A stretch of DNA of 64,000 bases from a bacterium (GTDB lineage Bacteria > UBA8248), in contig OZ244799.1 of NCBI GenBank assembly GCA_965219955.1, positions 160,001 to 224,000 of the forward strand, given 5' to 3'. The translations under genes were made by a program, and so were the position numbers. This document shows, in pieces, positions 50,707 through 59,520 of this stretch. The notes beneath the pieces were generated by a model. That model did not search any database and was not told the DNA's origin. It worked only from the letters and a program-made list of their open reading frames with translations. Within the stretch, counting starts at the first letter, position 1. Each line of letters starts with the position of its first letter.

Positions 50707-50889
50707 ATGACTGACCCCATAATCGCCGAGGTCCGGGCCGCGCGGGATGCGCACGCGGCGCGCTTCAGTTACGACGTGGCGGAAATTTTCCGGGACATCC
50801 GGGCCATGCAGGAAGCATCCGGTTCCGAATACGTCCGCGATCCCGCGCGCCTCGTCGCCGCAATGCCCGACGATTCCCCATCGCCGTAA
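50707..50889 (+). CDS. Small conserved protein (DPIIAEVR type), antitoxin-like
   Basis: GAGGA RBS; MTDPIIAEVRAARDAHAARFSYD resembles small partners of PIN toxins. Confidence 0.55.
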   Translation: MTDPIIAEVRAARDAHAARFSYDVAEIFRDIRAMQEASGSEYVRDPARLVAAMPDDSPSP

Positions 50890-51002
50890 TGCCGGGCGCG
50901 GGCGGACACCCAGGTCCGCCCCTACACACCCCTGCAACCTTTTTGCTTCCTCCCCGGGATTGTTGAAAAAGCTCCCCCTCCTCAGGGGATAAAGGCAACC
51001 CC

Positions 51003-51446
51003 CTATCCCCCTCCCAGATACGCGCCGAGATTTTCGAGGCATTCGCCCCAGCCTCCGTGGTGCTCGTCGCGCATGTTCTCGTCCGGGAATCCCTCGTGCG
51101 TGAGGGTAACAGTGGTCTCATCGCCCTCTCCGGTGAAATCGATGCTCACGAGAGTCTCGGGATAATCCCACTCCCCCCGCTCCCAGCGGAAGGTGAAGAC
51201 GAGCCGCTCGGGAGGATTTATCTCGACGAACGCGCCGTTCAGGTAGAACGACTCGCCCTCGTCCGTCCGCATCTCCACGCGGTATTTCCCGCCGACCGTC
51301 AAATCCATCTCCACTTGAGGCACGGTGTGCCCCTCCGTTCCCCACCATTTCTTTAACGTCTCCGCCTGGGTCCACGCGGCGAAGACTTTCTCTATAGGCG
51401 CCTGGAAGGTTCGTTTGATGAGCAGCGTCGTTTTCGTTTCGATCAT
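51003..51446 (-). CDS. SRPBCC/AHSA1 domain protein
   Basis: RTFQAPIEKVFAAWT..WWG..DLTVGGKY..PPERLVFT..HHGGW. Confidence 0.9.
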   Translation of the reverse strand: MIETKTTLLIKRTFQAPIEKVFAAWTQAETLKKWWGTEGHTVPQVEMDLTVGGKYRVEMRTDEGESFYLNGAFVEINPPERLVFTFRWERGEWDYPETLVSIDFTGEGDETTVTLTHEGFPDENMRDEHHGGWGECLENLGAYLGGG

Positions 51447-51785
51447 TTCGAAGTCTCCGTGTCTGTTGTTTCATCGAGATAGCGGGCGAGGGCATCGAAT
51501 CCCTCCTCCCCAGAACCGCTGGTGGAAAGCGAGCCATTCGGACGCCTCGCGCATCGGTTCGGCTTCGAGTCTCAGGCGATGGACGCGGCCTTTCTTTTCC
51601 CTGCGGATGAGGCCGGCGCGTTCCAGAACGCGCAAGTGTTTCGAGACCGCCGGCAGGGAAATATCAAAAGGGGCGGCCAGGCCGGTGACGGTGGCTTCCC
51701 CCCGGGAGAGGCGCGAGAGGATGGCCCGTCTCGTGGGGTCCGAGAGCGCGGAGAAAGTGGCGTCGAGATCGGCTTGCGCGTTCAT
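51443..51785 (-). pseudogene. ArsR/SmtB regulator with a 1-nt frameshift near the 3' end (real or assembly error)
   Basis: FSALSDPTRRAIL..AVSKHLRVLERAGLI; removing one base from the run at 51508-51511 restores FWEEGFDALARYLDE... with ATGA overlap onto the SRPBCC gene. Confidence 0.75.
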
Positions 51786-51943
51786 GGGTCGGCATACCCT
51801 CCTTCCTGGGGGGGGCGGAAAAGCGATGTCCCCCTGACGAAGAGGTGGAAGAAAAGCCCCCCTGACAAGGGGGGTTGGGGGGTTGCTCCCTTGAAAAAAC
51901 CCCTCCAAGGGGTTGGTAACTCCCCCAATCGAGAGCGTTCACC

Positions 51944-52079
51944 GTCATTCCGGCGAAAGCCGGAATCCATTTTTACGCCTTTTGCCTTTCGCCCGGGTTC
52001 CCGCGCATCGGCGGGGAATGAAACGCCGCCGCGTATTCACCCGCACCCGCAAATGGATTCCGGCTTTCGCCGGAATGAC
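51944..52079. repeat. Family B inverted-repeat pair with a different interior
   Basis: GTCATTCCGGCGAAAGCCGGAATCCAT...ATGGATTCCGGCTTTCGCCGGAATGAC. Confidence 0.8.
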
Positions 52080-52124
52080 GAGCAAAAGCGGATTCGGCAT
52101 GCCTCCCTCCTCGGCGGGTTGATC

Positions 52125-52643
52125 TCAATACGCCCAGCCGAACCCGGTGATGTATCCCCGGAGGTAGCATATCTGCCCGCAGTGCTGGTGATAGTCGGAG
52201 GCCACTCTCCCCAGGTATTCTCCGGTTTTGATGGCGTTGCCGCCGATGTCGGTCATCTCCTTTTCGAGGTCCTCCGCCGAAAGCGCTTCCAGGGTGGAAA
52301 GCGTTCTCGCCCGAGTGGCGTTGGCGTATCCGATGAGGTCTTGTTTCGTGCATTTGAGGCTCATCACCTGCTCGAGCGAATCCCCGAAGCCGATTTGTTT
52401 CGGCTCGGGCGCCATATCGAATTTCTCGTGCCATTTCTCTGCGATCCAGATCTGCTCCTCTCCGGCGACGGCCGCCATCGCGCAATCCTCGACCCTCGTC
52501 TTGTGCCACATCAGCCAGCCGATGGGGTTGTCCTGGTCGCTGGGCCGTTTCATGAGGTCCGCATCGTCGAGACCCTTCAGGGCCCGTTTCACGAGGCCGT
52601 CGCTCATCTCGAAGGTGAAGGCGATCATCTGCGCTCCGTTCAT
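52125..52643 (-). CDS. DinB/YfiT four-helix-bundle family protein
   Basis: NPIGWLMWH..ED and HQHCGQICYLRG motifs. Confidence 0.85.
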   Translation of the reverse strand: MNGAQMIAFTFEMSDGLVKRALKGLDDADLMKRPSDQDNPIGWLMWHKTRVEDCAMAAVAGEEQIWIAEKWHEKFDMAPEPKQIGFGDSLEQVMSLKCTKQDLIGYANATRARTLSTLEALSAEDLEKEMTDIGGNAIKTGEYLGRVASDYHQHCGQICYLRGYITGFGWAY

Positions 52644-52722
52644 GGGAACTCCCTTTTTTGAGTAGTGCGTGGAATGATTTGGTGATTCACCATATAACTC
52701 CCGGTTTCCGGTTCTGTGTTCT

Positions 52723-53136
52723 TCAGATTAGCTTCTCTTCGCGGTGGATGACGCCGATGATCAGGCCGAACACGCCGAATTGCAGCAGCAGATAGAGCGT
52801 TTCCATCCAGATGAACGCAGGCGCTCCCGGCACCTCCTGCTTGGCGACGAAGGCGAGCACGTGGGAAGTCCAGAAAAAGGCGCCCGTTACGAGCGCGAAC
52901 CTGAACCCTCGCCCAAAAGTTGTCCCCTTGGTTTTCATCATCGGAAACAGGGCGCAGAGCAGAACGCCCTGGAGCACGATGGTCAGCAGACCGACAAGAA
53001 AGTTCGGCTCTCCCTCGAAGTAGCCGAACGATTCGTATCTCTCCTTGAATAGAAAGACATGCCAGACCACGGCGAGAAAGAACGTGCAGATCGTATAGGC
53101 GGCGGTTCCCAGGATCAGCTTTTTGGCGTCCATCAC
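52723..53136 (-). CDS. Four-TM membrane protein (DUF1761-like)
   Basis: Four hydrophobic segments, GGGAG RBS. Confidence 0.7.
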   Translation of the reverse strand: MMDAKKLILGTAAYTICTFFLAVVWHVFLFKERYESFGYFEGEPNFLVGLLTIVLQGVLLCALFPMMKTKGTTFGRGFRFALVTGAFFWTSHVLAFVAKQEVPGAPAFIWMETLYLLLQFGVFGLIIGVIHREEKLI

Positions 53137-53311
53137 TACTCCCTCATGCCCGGGCTCAGGGAGGACATCTCGTCTGCAGTTGAAACTGCGGCGGATGGCC
53201 TCTTCGGCGGGAAGCCTCCCGCCTGGATTGTTCGGCCCGGTAAGCCGGAAATGATTCTTGCGCCGCTCATGGAATGCTCCTGTATCAGGTTAGTTATGAA
53301 ATGCTTAATGA

Positions 53312-53355
53312 TTAACCATATGGTTAACTATATAGCATTCCGAACTAACGGTCAA
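53312..53355 (-). promoter_or_regulatory. sigma70 promoter with perfect 16-bp palindromic operator
   Basis: Minus strand TTGACC-17-TATAGT, then TTAACCATATGGTTAA (53312-53327). Confidence 0.75.
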
Positions 53356-53464
53356 CTTGCCGCCGGGACAGGATTTGCGATCGTCCGCCTTGTCGGGGAG
53401 CGGGTTATGGGCCATGCTTGCGTGGTGTTCGCCTCGCCGCCCGAGGACCGAGACGGGTGAGTCC

Positions 53465-54180
53465 ATGAAATCGTTTCTCTTGAGACCCCTGGCCTGGATG
53501 CTCGCCGTACTCCTGCTGCCCGCCTGCTGGGGGGCGGCGCTCGCGTTCGGCAAGAATCTCCCGGCCGCTTTTCTCTTGAGGAGCGGGAGTTCATATATGC
53601 CTGCGGCCGAGGGCTGGGCCTTCATCGCGGGCGCCTGCGCATACGCCGTCTGGCATCGCCTGGCGCCGCCTGAGTTTCTCTACGCCTTCGTGCACGAGTT
53701 CACGCACATGGCCTTCGCCCTCCTCACGGGGGAGAAGGTGCGTTCGTTCGAAGTGAACCGCGGGAGCGGGAAGGTGGGCTTGAGCGGCACGAACCCGATC
53801 ATCACGCTGGCGCCTTATTTTTTCCCGCTCCTGACGATAGCGGTGTTGATTCTGGGAGCGCTGCTCGACTGGACATTCGGATACGAGGAGATTCGCTGGG
53901 CGGTGGCGTTTCTCTCAGGCCTCACGCTGTGTCTGCACGTGCTCATGACGCTGCGCGCGCTGGGCGCGTCGCAGCCCGACATCGCGCGCGGCGGAAGGAT
54001 TTTCTCCTGGCCTTCATCTTTTTCTTCGGGCTCGTCTTCATCGGCGGCGCGGCGCTCGTCTCGGCGGGCGGGTGGAGTATGGCGGCCTTATACGGCGTCT
54101 CCATCTGGCGCGAAAGCCTGGATGCGTATGCGCTGCTCCTCGGCCTGGTGGAGCACGTCGCCTGGAGCCTCGGATCGTGA
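53465..54180 (+). pseudogene. M50-like membrane metallopeptidase with a 1-nt frameshift (real or assembly error)
   Basis: HEFTH (HExxH), ITLAPYFFP, QPD; adding one C at 54006-54007 joins to the hydrophobic LAFIFFFGLVF... frame ending at 54180. Confidence 0.7.
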
Positions 54181-54794
54181 AACAAAACGCCTTCGCATCG
54201 CGGCTTCGATCTTCCCTGATCATATTCGTGCTGGTGCTGGTTCCGGCCTGCGCCTATGAGGTGACGACGATACGGGTCGTCGCCAAGCCGGGGAGGATAC
54301 GGGCGCTCGAGCGGGTCGTCGTCGCGCCTTTTCGCTATCCGAGCGACTGGACGGGACTTTTCCGGCACGTTTACGCGCAGGCGGGGCTCGAGGCGCCCGA
54401 TGTGAAGAAAATCGAGATGATAGAGGGCGCCTTTTTGATTCGCGACGCCGTCACCGCCAAGGGGTACCTGGTTCTCCGTTGGCCGGAGGAACTCGAAAAA
54501 ATCAAGGCCGACGATTTGCGGGACGCAGGAGGTGAAATCGCGGAGGATCATCTGGCGGCGCTCAAGGGTTCGGGCGCGCAGGCGGTGGTCTTGGCCCAAG
54601 GCGGGCGCACCTGCGAAGACGTCGAGGTGTGCGTCGCCAGGGTGGAAATACGCCTGTTGGACTTGAGTTCTCAAGAGGATTTATGGAAATCAGAAGCCTC
54701 CGCGACGACGGCGCTCTCCCAGGGGGACGAGATGAAAGCCGCCGTCACCGAGGCGTTCGACGCCTTTCCCGGAAAATCGCCTCCTTCCCGCTGA
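54177..54794 (+). CDS. Putative lipoprotein
   Basis: GTGA overlap with the upstream stop; signal peptide with LVPAC lipobox; VEIRLLDLSSQEDLW resembles DUF799/LpoB-like folds. Confidence 0.65.
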   Translation: MKQNAFASRLRSSLIIFVLVLVPACAYEVTTIRVVAKPGRIRALERVVVAPFRYPSDWTGLFRHVYAQAGLEAPDVKKIEMIEGAFLIRDAVTAKGYLVLRWPEELEKIKADDLRDAGGEIAEDHLAALKGSGAQAVVLAQGGRTCEDVEVCVARVEIRLLDLSSQEDLWKSEASATTALSQGDEMKAAVTEAFDAFPGKSPPSR

Positions 54795-54870
54795 ACGCGG
54801 GGGCATTCGGATCTGTTGAAAAAGTCCCCTGAGGAAGCAATTTTGGGCTTCACGCACGCTTTTGAATTTC

Positions 54871-55052
54871 ACTCCCCCCTTGAGGGGGAGTCGAAGAGCT
54901 AAGGGCGTAAGCCCGCAAGCGATTCGGTGGGGGGTATAAGTCGGACTGACAATAAAACGCATTTTACCCCCCACCGCATCAGCCTTCGCAAAAAACGCTC
55001 GGCTTCTGTCGGGCTTTCCCCTCGGGAAGCCCGACCCCCTCAAGGGGGGAGT
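54871..55052. repeat. Palindromic repeat family C copy 3
   Basis: Same ends as other family C copies; interior colinear with 46425-46602. Confidence 0.75.
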
Positions 55053-55193
55053 GATTTTTCTCTCTCGTCGGTCGATTGCATACGACAAATCCAGAGTTCC
55101 AGACTTTTTCTACAGACCCCTCAAGGGGGGTGCTCCTTTGACAAAGTCTTTTTCAACGTCCTCGTTTTCGCCGGTTGGACACCCCCCCCGGCA

Positions 55194-55237
55194 TGACGAT
55201 TTGTCGTTTTCGTCGGGCATATCGTGACAAAATGTCA
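55194..55237. promoter_or_regulatory. Tandem palindromic enhancer-like sites for a sigma54 activator
   Basis: TGACGATTTGTCG (55194) and TGACAAAATGTCA (55225), 31 bp apart, upstream of the sigma54 site. Confidence 0.6.
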
Positions 55238-55301
55238 ATTTGACCGATCGTGTATATTTCTATCCTGTTGATAAATAAGGCATATTCCATCTTCATAGAA
55301 A

Positions 55302-55317
55302 TGGCACGGCTATTGCA
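55302..55317 (+). promoter_or_regulatory. sigma54 (-24/-12) promoter
   Basis: TGGCAC-GGCTA-TTGCA, exact consensus TGGCAC-N5-TTGCW. Confidence 0.88.
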
Positions 55318-55331
55318 TGTTATATGAGCAA

Positions 55332-55476
55332 GCTGATTGGGGCGTTCATAGGCGGCACGCCCCGGTTAGCCGGCGAGAGGAGTAGCTGATTGGGTCGGCG
55401 CTCCTCCGCCACGCAATCATACATCTCGCAACTACCCCTTGCGAGAGCCTCCTCCCGGAGACGGGAGGAGGTTTTT
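55332..55476 (+). ncRNA. Candidate sigma54-dependent structured sRNA, copy 1
   Basis: Three hairpins plus terminator (CCTCCTCCCG-GAGA-CGGGAGGAGG-T6), no credible ORF, paralog at 62672-62819 with compensatory changes. Confidence 0.75.
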
Positions 55477-55604
55477 TATTGGCCCGGTTTCCCTCCGCGC
55501 GGTTTTCAAGCGTACGCCTTTGGGTTATGGTGCGGCCCAAGTGAAATCACTCGGCGTATATTCGATGTTGAAAATTCATCCATTCAGTGATTAAGGAGTC
55601 GAAA

Positions 55605-56603
55605 ATGGCTACGGACAAGGTGCGCCTCGCCTCTATCGGGCTGGGCTGGTGGGGCGGCGTTCTGGTGGACGCCGTGAACCGCAGCGGTTCCGGCGAGGTG
55701 GTGACGGGTTTCGCGCGCAGCGAAGACGCCCGCAAGGCGTTTTCGGAGAAACACGGTTGCCGGACGGCGGGCAGCCTGGACGATTTATTGAACGACCCCG
55801 AGGTGGAGGGCGTCATCGTCGCGACGCCCCATTCCACGCACCTGGACATGATTTCTTCGGCCGCATCGGCCGGAAAGCACGTCTTCGTCGAGAAACCGCT
55901 CACCTTGACGGTCGATGAGGCCAGAAAGTCGGTCGAGGCGGCTTCCGCCGCGAACGTCACCCTGCAGGTCGGCCATCATCGCCGCCGCTTCGGCGCGAAC
56001 CGCGAGATGAGGCGGATGATCGACGCAGGCGAACTCGGCGTGGTGCACCAGGTGGAGGCGAACCTCTCGCTTCCCATGGGCTTCGAATCCAGGCCGGGCT
56101 GGCGTAACGACCCCGCCGAATGCCCCGCAGGCTCCATGACGGGCCTGGGCGTCCACATGATCGACAACCTGCAGTACCTGGCCGGACCCGCGAAGCGGGT
56201 GGCCGCCTTCAGCAAGAAGCTGCTCGGCAAGACGAACCTCGACGATGCGACGAGCATCATCATCGAATACGAGAGCGGCCCGCTCGGCCATATCGGAAGC
56301 TCTTTCGTGGTTCCCAAGATCTGCGACACGGCGGCCTTCGGCACGAAGATGAGGGCCTACAGCGAGGAAGAGGGCGGAAAGCTCTACGTGGCCAAGGTGG
56401 GCGAGGAAGCCCGCACCGAGGTCGAGGTCGTGGGCGGAGACGCCCTGGCGGATGAGATGGATGAGTTCTGCAAGTGCATCCGGGGCGAGGCGACGCCCGA
56501 AACCGGCGGGCCCGAGGGGCTCGAGGTCGTCGCCGTGCTCGAGGCTGTGGTGCAGAGCGCGACGACGGGTCAGGTGGTGGACGTGGCGGCCCTGCGCGGA
56601 TAG
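55605..56603 (+). CDS. Gfo/Idh/MocA oxidoreductase
   Basis: IGLGWWG, ATPHSTH, GKHVFVEKPL, GVHMID. Confidence 0.92.
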   Translation: MATDKVRLASIGLGWWGGVLVDAVNRSGSGEVVTGFARSEDARKAFSEKHGCRTAGSLDDLLNDPEVEGVIVATPHSTHLDMISSAASAGKHVFVEKPLTLTVDEARKSVEAASAANVTLQVGHHRRRFGANREMRRMIDAGELGVVHQVEANLSLPMGFESRPGWRNDPAECPAGSMTGLGVHMIDNLQYLAGPAKRVAAFSKKLLGKTNLDDATSIIIEYESGPLGHIGSSFVVPKICDTAAFGTKMRAYSEEEGGKLYVAKVGEEARTEVEVVGGDALADEMDEFCKCIRGEATPETGGPEGLEVVAVLEAVVQSATTGQVVDVAALRG

Positions 56604-56629
56604 TTCTCGATGATTTTCAGGAGGATACG

Positions 56630-58876
56630 ATGGCTCAGATGACGCACGTCGGCGCGTCGCCGACGAAAGAAGACGCACTCGCGAAAGCGGCCGGCGATAC
56701 GGTCTACGGCGATGACTTCCACATGCCGGGCGAGATATACGGGAAAGCCGTCCGCGCCTCGATGACGCCGGCGAGGATCGTGGAGATAGACGCGACGGAA
56801 GCGCTCGCCCTCCCGGGCGTGCACTGCGTTTTGACGGCGAAGGACATTCCCGGCCTGAACGCGGGCCGCTATCCCGATTACCCGGTGCTGGCCGAAGACG
56901 TCGTGGTCGATATCGGCGACGCGGTCGCTCTCGTGGCCGCCGACACGCGGGATCTGGCCGAAGAGGCGGCCTCGCTCGTGCGCGTCGCCTACGAGCCGCT
57001 GCCCGGCGCGTACGACTTCGCATCGCTCGAAGAGGGCGAGGTGGTCTGCGACTGGAAGGCGGACAAGGGCGACGTGAAGGCGGGCTTCGCCGAGGCGGAC
57101 GTGATCGTGGAGAACACCTATTTCTCCGCCTGCCTGGATCACGCCTTCATCGAACCCGAAGGCGGCGTGGCCTGGGTGGACGAGCGCGGGGTGGTGAACA
57201 TCCGCGTGCCCACGCAGATGATAGAGAACTACCAGAACGTGGCGCGGACGCTGGGCTTCCCCCTGAGCCGCGTGCGGTATGACTGTCCGATGCTGGGCGG
57301 GGCGTTCGGGGGCAAGGAGCACCCGCTGCTCGGCGCCTTCATGGCGCTTTTGTCGCTCCGGACGGGGCGGCCCGTGCGCATGGCCTACTCGCGCGAGGAG
57401 ACCATGAACACCGGCAGCAAGAAGCACCCCTTCCTGATGAAGTACAGGACGGGCGCGACGAAGGACGGAAAGCTCACCGCCATAGAAATCGACATCATCG
57501 GCGATGCGGGCGGCTACACGGCCAACAGCAAGGGTTTGCTGCTGGGCGCGCTCGTGGTGAGCGCGGGCCCCTATGAGATACCCAACGCGCGGGGCCGCTC
57601 GCGCGCCGTCAGGACGAACAACCCCTTCACCGAGGCGATGCGCGGCGTGGGTGCGAACCAGGTGTGCTTCGCCTACGAGGCGCAGATGGATGAGCTCGCG
57701 GAGCGGCTGGGGATGGACCCGCTCGAGTTCCGCGAGAGGAACTTCATCGCGAAGGGCCAGACCCTCATCCAGAATCAGCCCGTGCCCACGCGCGTGATGC
57801 TGCCCGAACTGGCCGAGGAGACGAAAAAGCTCATCGGCCGCTCGGCGGGCCGCGTCCCCGAGAAGGACCACGGCCCCTGGCGCGTCGGCGTCGGGTACGT
57901 TGCGAACATCGGCGGATACGGGAGGCCGAGGAACGAGGGCGAGGTCTATGTGTCGATCGATCTCGACGGCAGCGTGAACGTGCGCACCGGCGCCTCGGAC
58001 GTCGGCGCGGGCCAGACCCAGACGAACCGCCAGATCGCGGCGGAAGCCTTAGGCGTCGCCCTGGAAGACGTGACGGTCACGATGTCCGATTCCCACGTCA
58101 CCCCGCTCGTGGGCGTGACGGCGGGCTCGCGCCAGACGATGATCTCGGGCGGCTCGTGCTACCGCGCCTCGGCGGAGCTGAAAGACAGAATCCTGAAAGG
58201 CGCCGCCGAACTGCTCGAAGCGAACCCTGAGGATCTGGATATCCGCGAAGGCAGGGTGTACGTGAAGGCGGCCGAAGAGCGCGATGTCTCCTTCTCGGAA
58301 GCCGTGACGCAGTGCAGGAAGATGGGTATCGACCTCCACACGGTGGGCAAGACGAAGCTCGGCGTCCACGAGTACGAGGGCAACGAGCAATACGGCGACG
58401 CGGGCGGCTGGATGGATTACGTGTTCGGCATCCACGCGGCCGAAGTCGAGGTGAACGTCGATACGGGCGAGCTTCGCGTGCTCAACTACTGGTCGGGCCA
58501 CGACGTGGGCCAGTCCATCAACTTACAGCACGTGGAAGGCCAGTTCGAGGGCGGCACGATGATGGGCGTCGGCCACGCCCTGACCGAAGAGGTCCTGACG
58601 CAAAAGGGCGCGCTCGTGAACAACGAGTTCCACGGCTACCTCATCCCCACCTCGGTGGATACGCCCGAGTGGGACAACGTGATCCTGGAATCCGGCGAAG
58701 GCCTGGGCCCGTTCGGGGCGAAAGGCATCGGCGAGCCGCCCTGCACGGCGGGCGCCGCGGCGGTGGCCTGCGCGGCGGGCCAGGCGATAGGCGCGCGCCT
58801 CACGCGCATCCCCATCACGCCGGACCACGTCCTGGAAGTGCTGGGGCGGCTCAAGACGAACGGAAGCCAAGGCTAG
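56630..58876 (+). CDS. Xanthine dehydrogenase-family molybdopterin-binding subunit
   Basis: HAFIEPE, GGAFGGK, AMRGVG, GAGQ, AGSR, EGQFEGG, GAKGIGE; AGGAGG RBS. Confidence 0.92.
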   Translation: MAQMTHVGASPTKEDALAKAAGDTVYGDDFHMPGEIYGKAVRASMTPARIVEIDATEALALPGVHCVLTAKDIPGLNAGRYPDYPVLAEDVVVDIGDAVALVAADTRDLAEEAASLVRVAYEPLPGAYDFASLEEGEVVCDWKADKGDVKAGFAEADVIVENTYFSACLDHAFIEPEGGVAWVDERGVVNIRVPTQMIENYQNVARTLGFPLSRVRYDCPMLGGAFGGKEHPLLGAFMALLSLRTGRPVRMAYSREETMNTGSKKHPFLMKYRTGATKDGKLTAIEIDIIGDAGGYTANSKGLLLGALVVSAGPYEIPNARGRSRAVRTNNPFTEAMRGVGANQVCFAYEAQMDELAERLGMDPLEFRERNFIAKGQTLIQNQPVPTRVMLPELAEETKKLIGRSAGRVPEKDHGPWRVGVGYVANIGGYGRPRNEGEVYVSIDLDGSVNVRTGASDVGAGQTQTNRQIAAEALGVALEDVTVTMSDSHVTPLVGVTAGSRQTMISGGSCYRASAELKDRILKGAAELLEANPEDLDIREGRVYVKAAEERDVSFSEAVTQCRKMGIDLHTVGKTKLGVHEYEGNEQYGDAGGWMDYVFGIHAAEVEVNVDTGELRVLNYWSGHDVGQSINLQHVEGQFEGGTMMGVGHALTEEVLTQKGALVNNEFHGYLIPTSVDTPEWDNVILESGEGLGPFGAKGIGEPPCTAGAAAVACAAGQAIGARLTRIPITPDHVLEVLGRLKTNGSQG

Positions 58877-58908
58877 GCGAAAAGACGGAATACAGACTCT
58901 CCACACAT

Positions 58909-58940
58909 GAAACGCCCCGCACGCGCTGCGGGGCGTTTTT
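58909..58940 (+). terminator. Intrinsic terminator
   Basis: AAACGCCCCGCA-cgcgc-TGCGGGGCGTTTTT. Confidence 0.8.
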
Positions 58941-59014
58941 GCGTCTTAGGGCGCGTGGGCCTTCGCCAAGGCTCGGCCTCTTTGTCAGCCTTCCCGAGGA
59001 GGAGAGGCCTACCC

Positions 59015-59520
59015 TCAAGGGGCTGTTGAAAAACCGGTATGCGGCCCCTCCGAAGATCGCTCTTCACCGACAAGAATATCGAATCAACTCCCCCTTGAGG
59101 GACTTGTTGAAAAAGCCCTCGTCATGGGGGTTGGGGGTTCGGAGGGAATCATGGTTTTGTAGGGGCCGCATACATGCGGCCCGTCGCAGGGCGGCAAAAA
59201 ATCAGGGTCGCATATATACGACCCCTACACACAAACAAATTTCCTCTCTCCGGGTTCTTCAACTCCCCGCGTAGGGACAACCCTCCGTGGTTGTCCTTCG
59301 TTAGGACAGGCACGGAGGCCTGTCCCTACGGTGAATAATTCGATGATCGGGGTTCCTTCCCTCCCCAGGGGGACTTTTTCAACAAGCCCTTGTCAGGGGG
59401 GTATAAAAAGGCGATGCGCCCCCGCCGGGTAGAGGGGTTTTTGGTTTTTCTTACCCCCCTGACAAGGGGGGGTAGGGGGGGGTGCTTTTCAGTCGAGAGG
59501 GGTGTCCCCTCTACCCCCTT
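59015..59520. repeat. Mosaic REP/MITE cluster
   Basis: GTTGAAAAA/TTTTTCAAC ends, GTAGGG..CCCTAC pairs, CCCCCTGACAAGGGGGG units. Confidence 0.7.

Noticed and set aside
55332-55476. tRNA, 6S, SRP RNA or a known riboswitch
   Set aside because: No cloverleaf or T-loop, no long 6S rod with central bubble, no SRP loop motif, and no aptamer consensus that I recognise.
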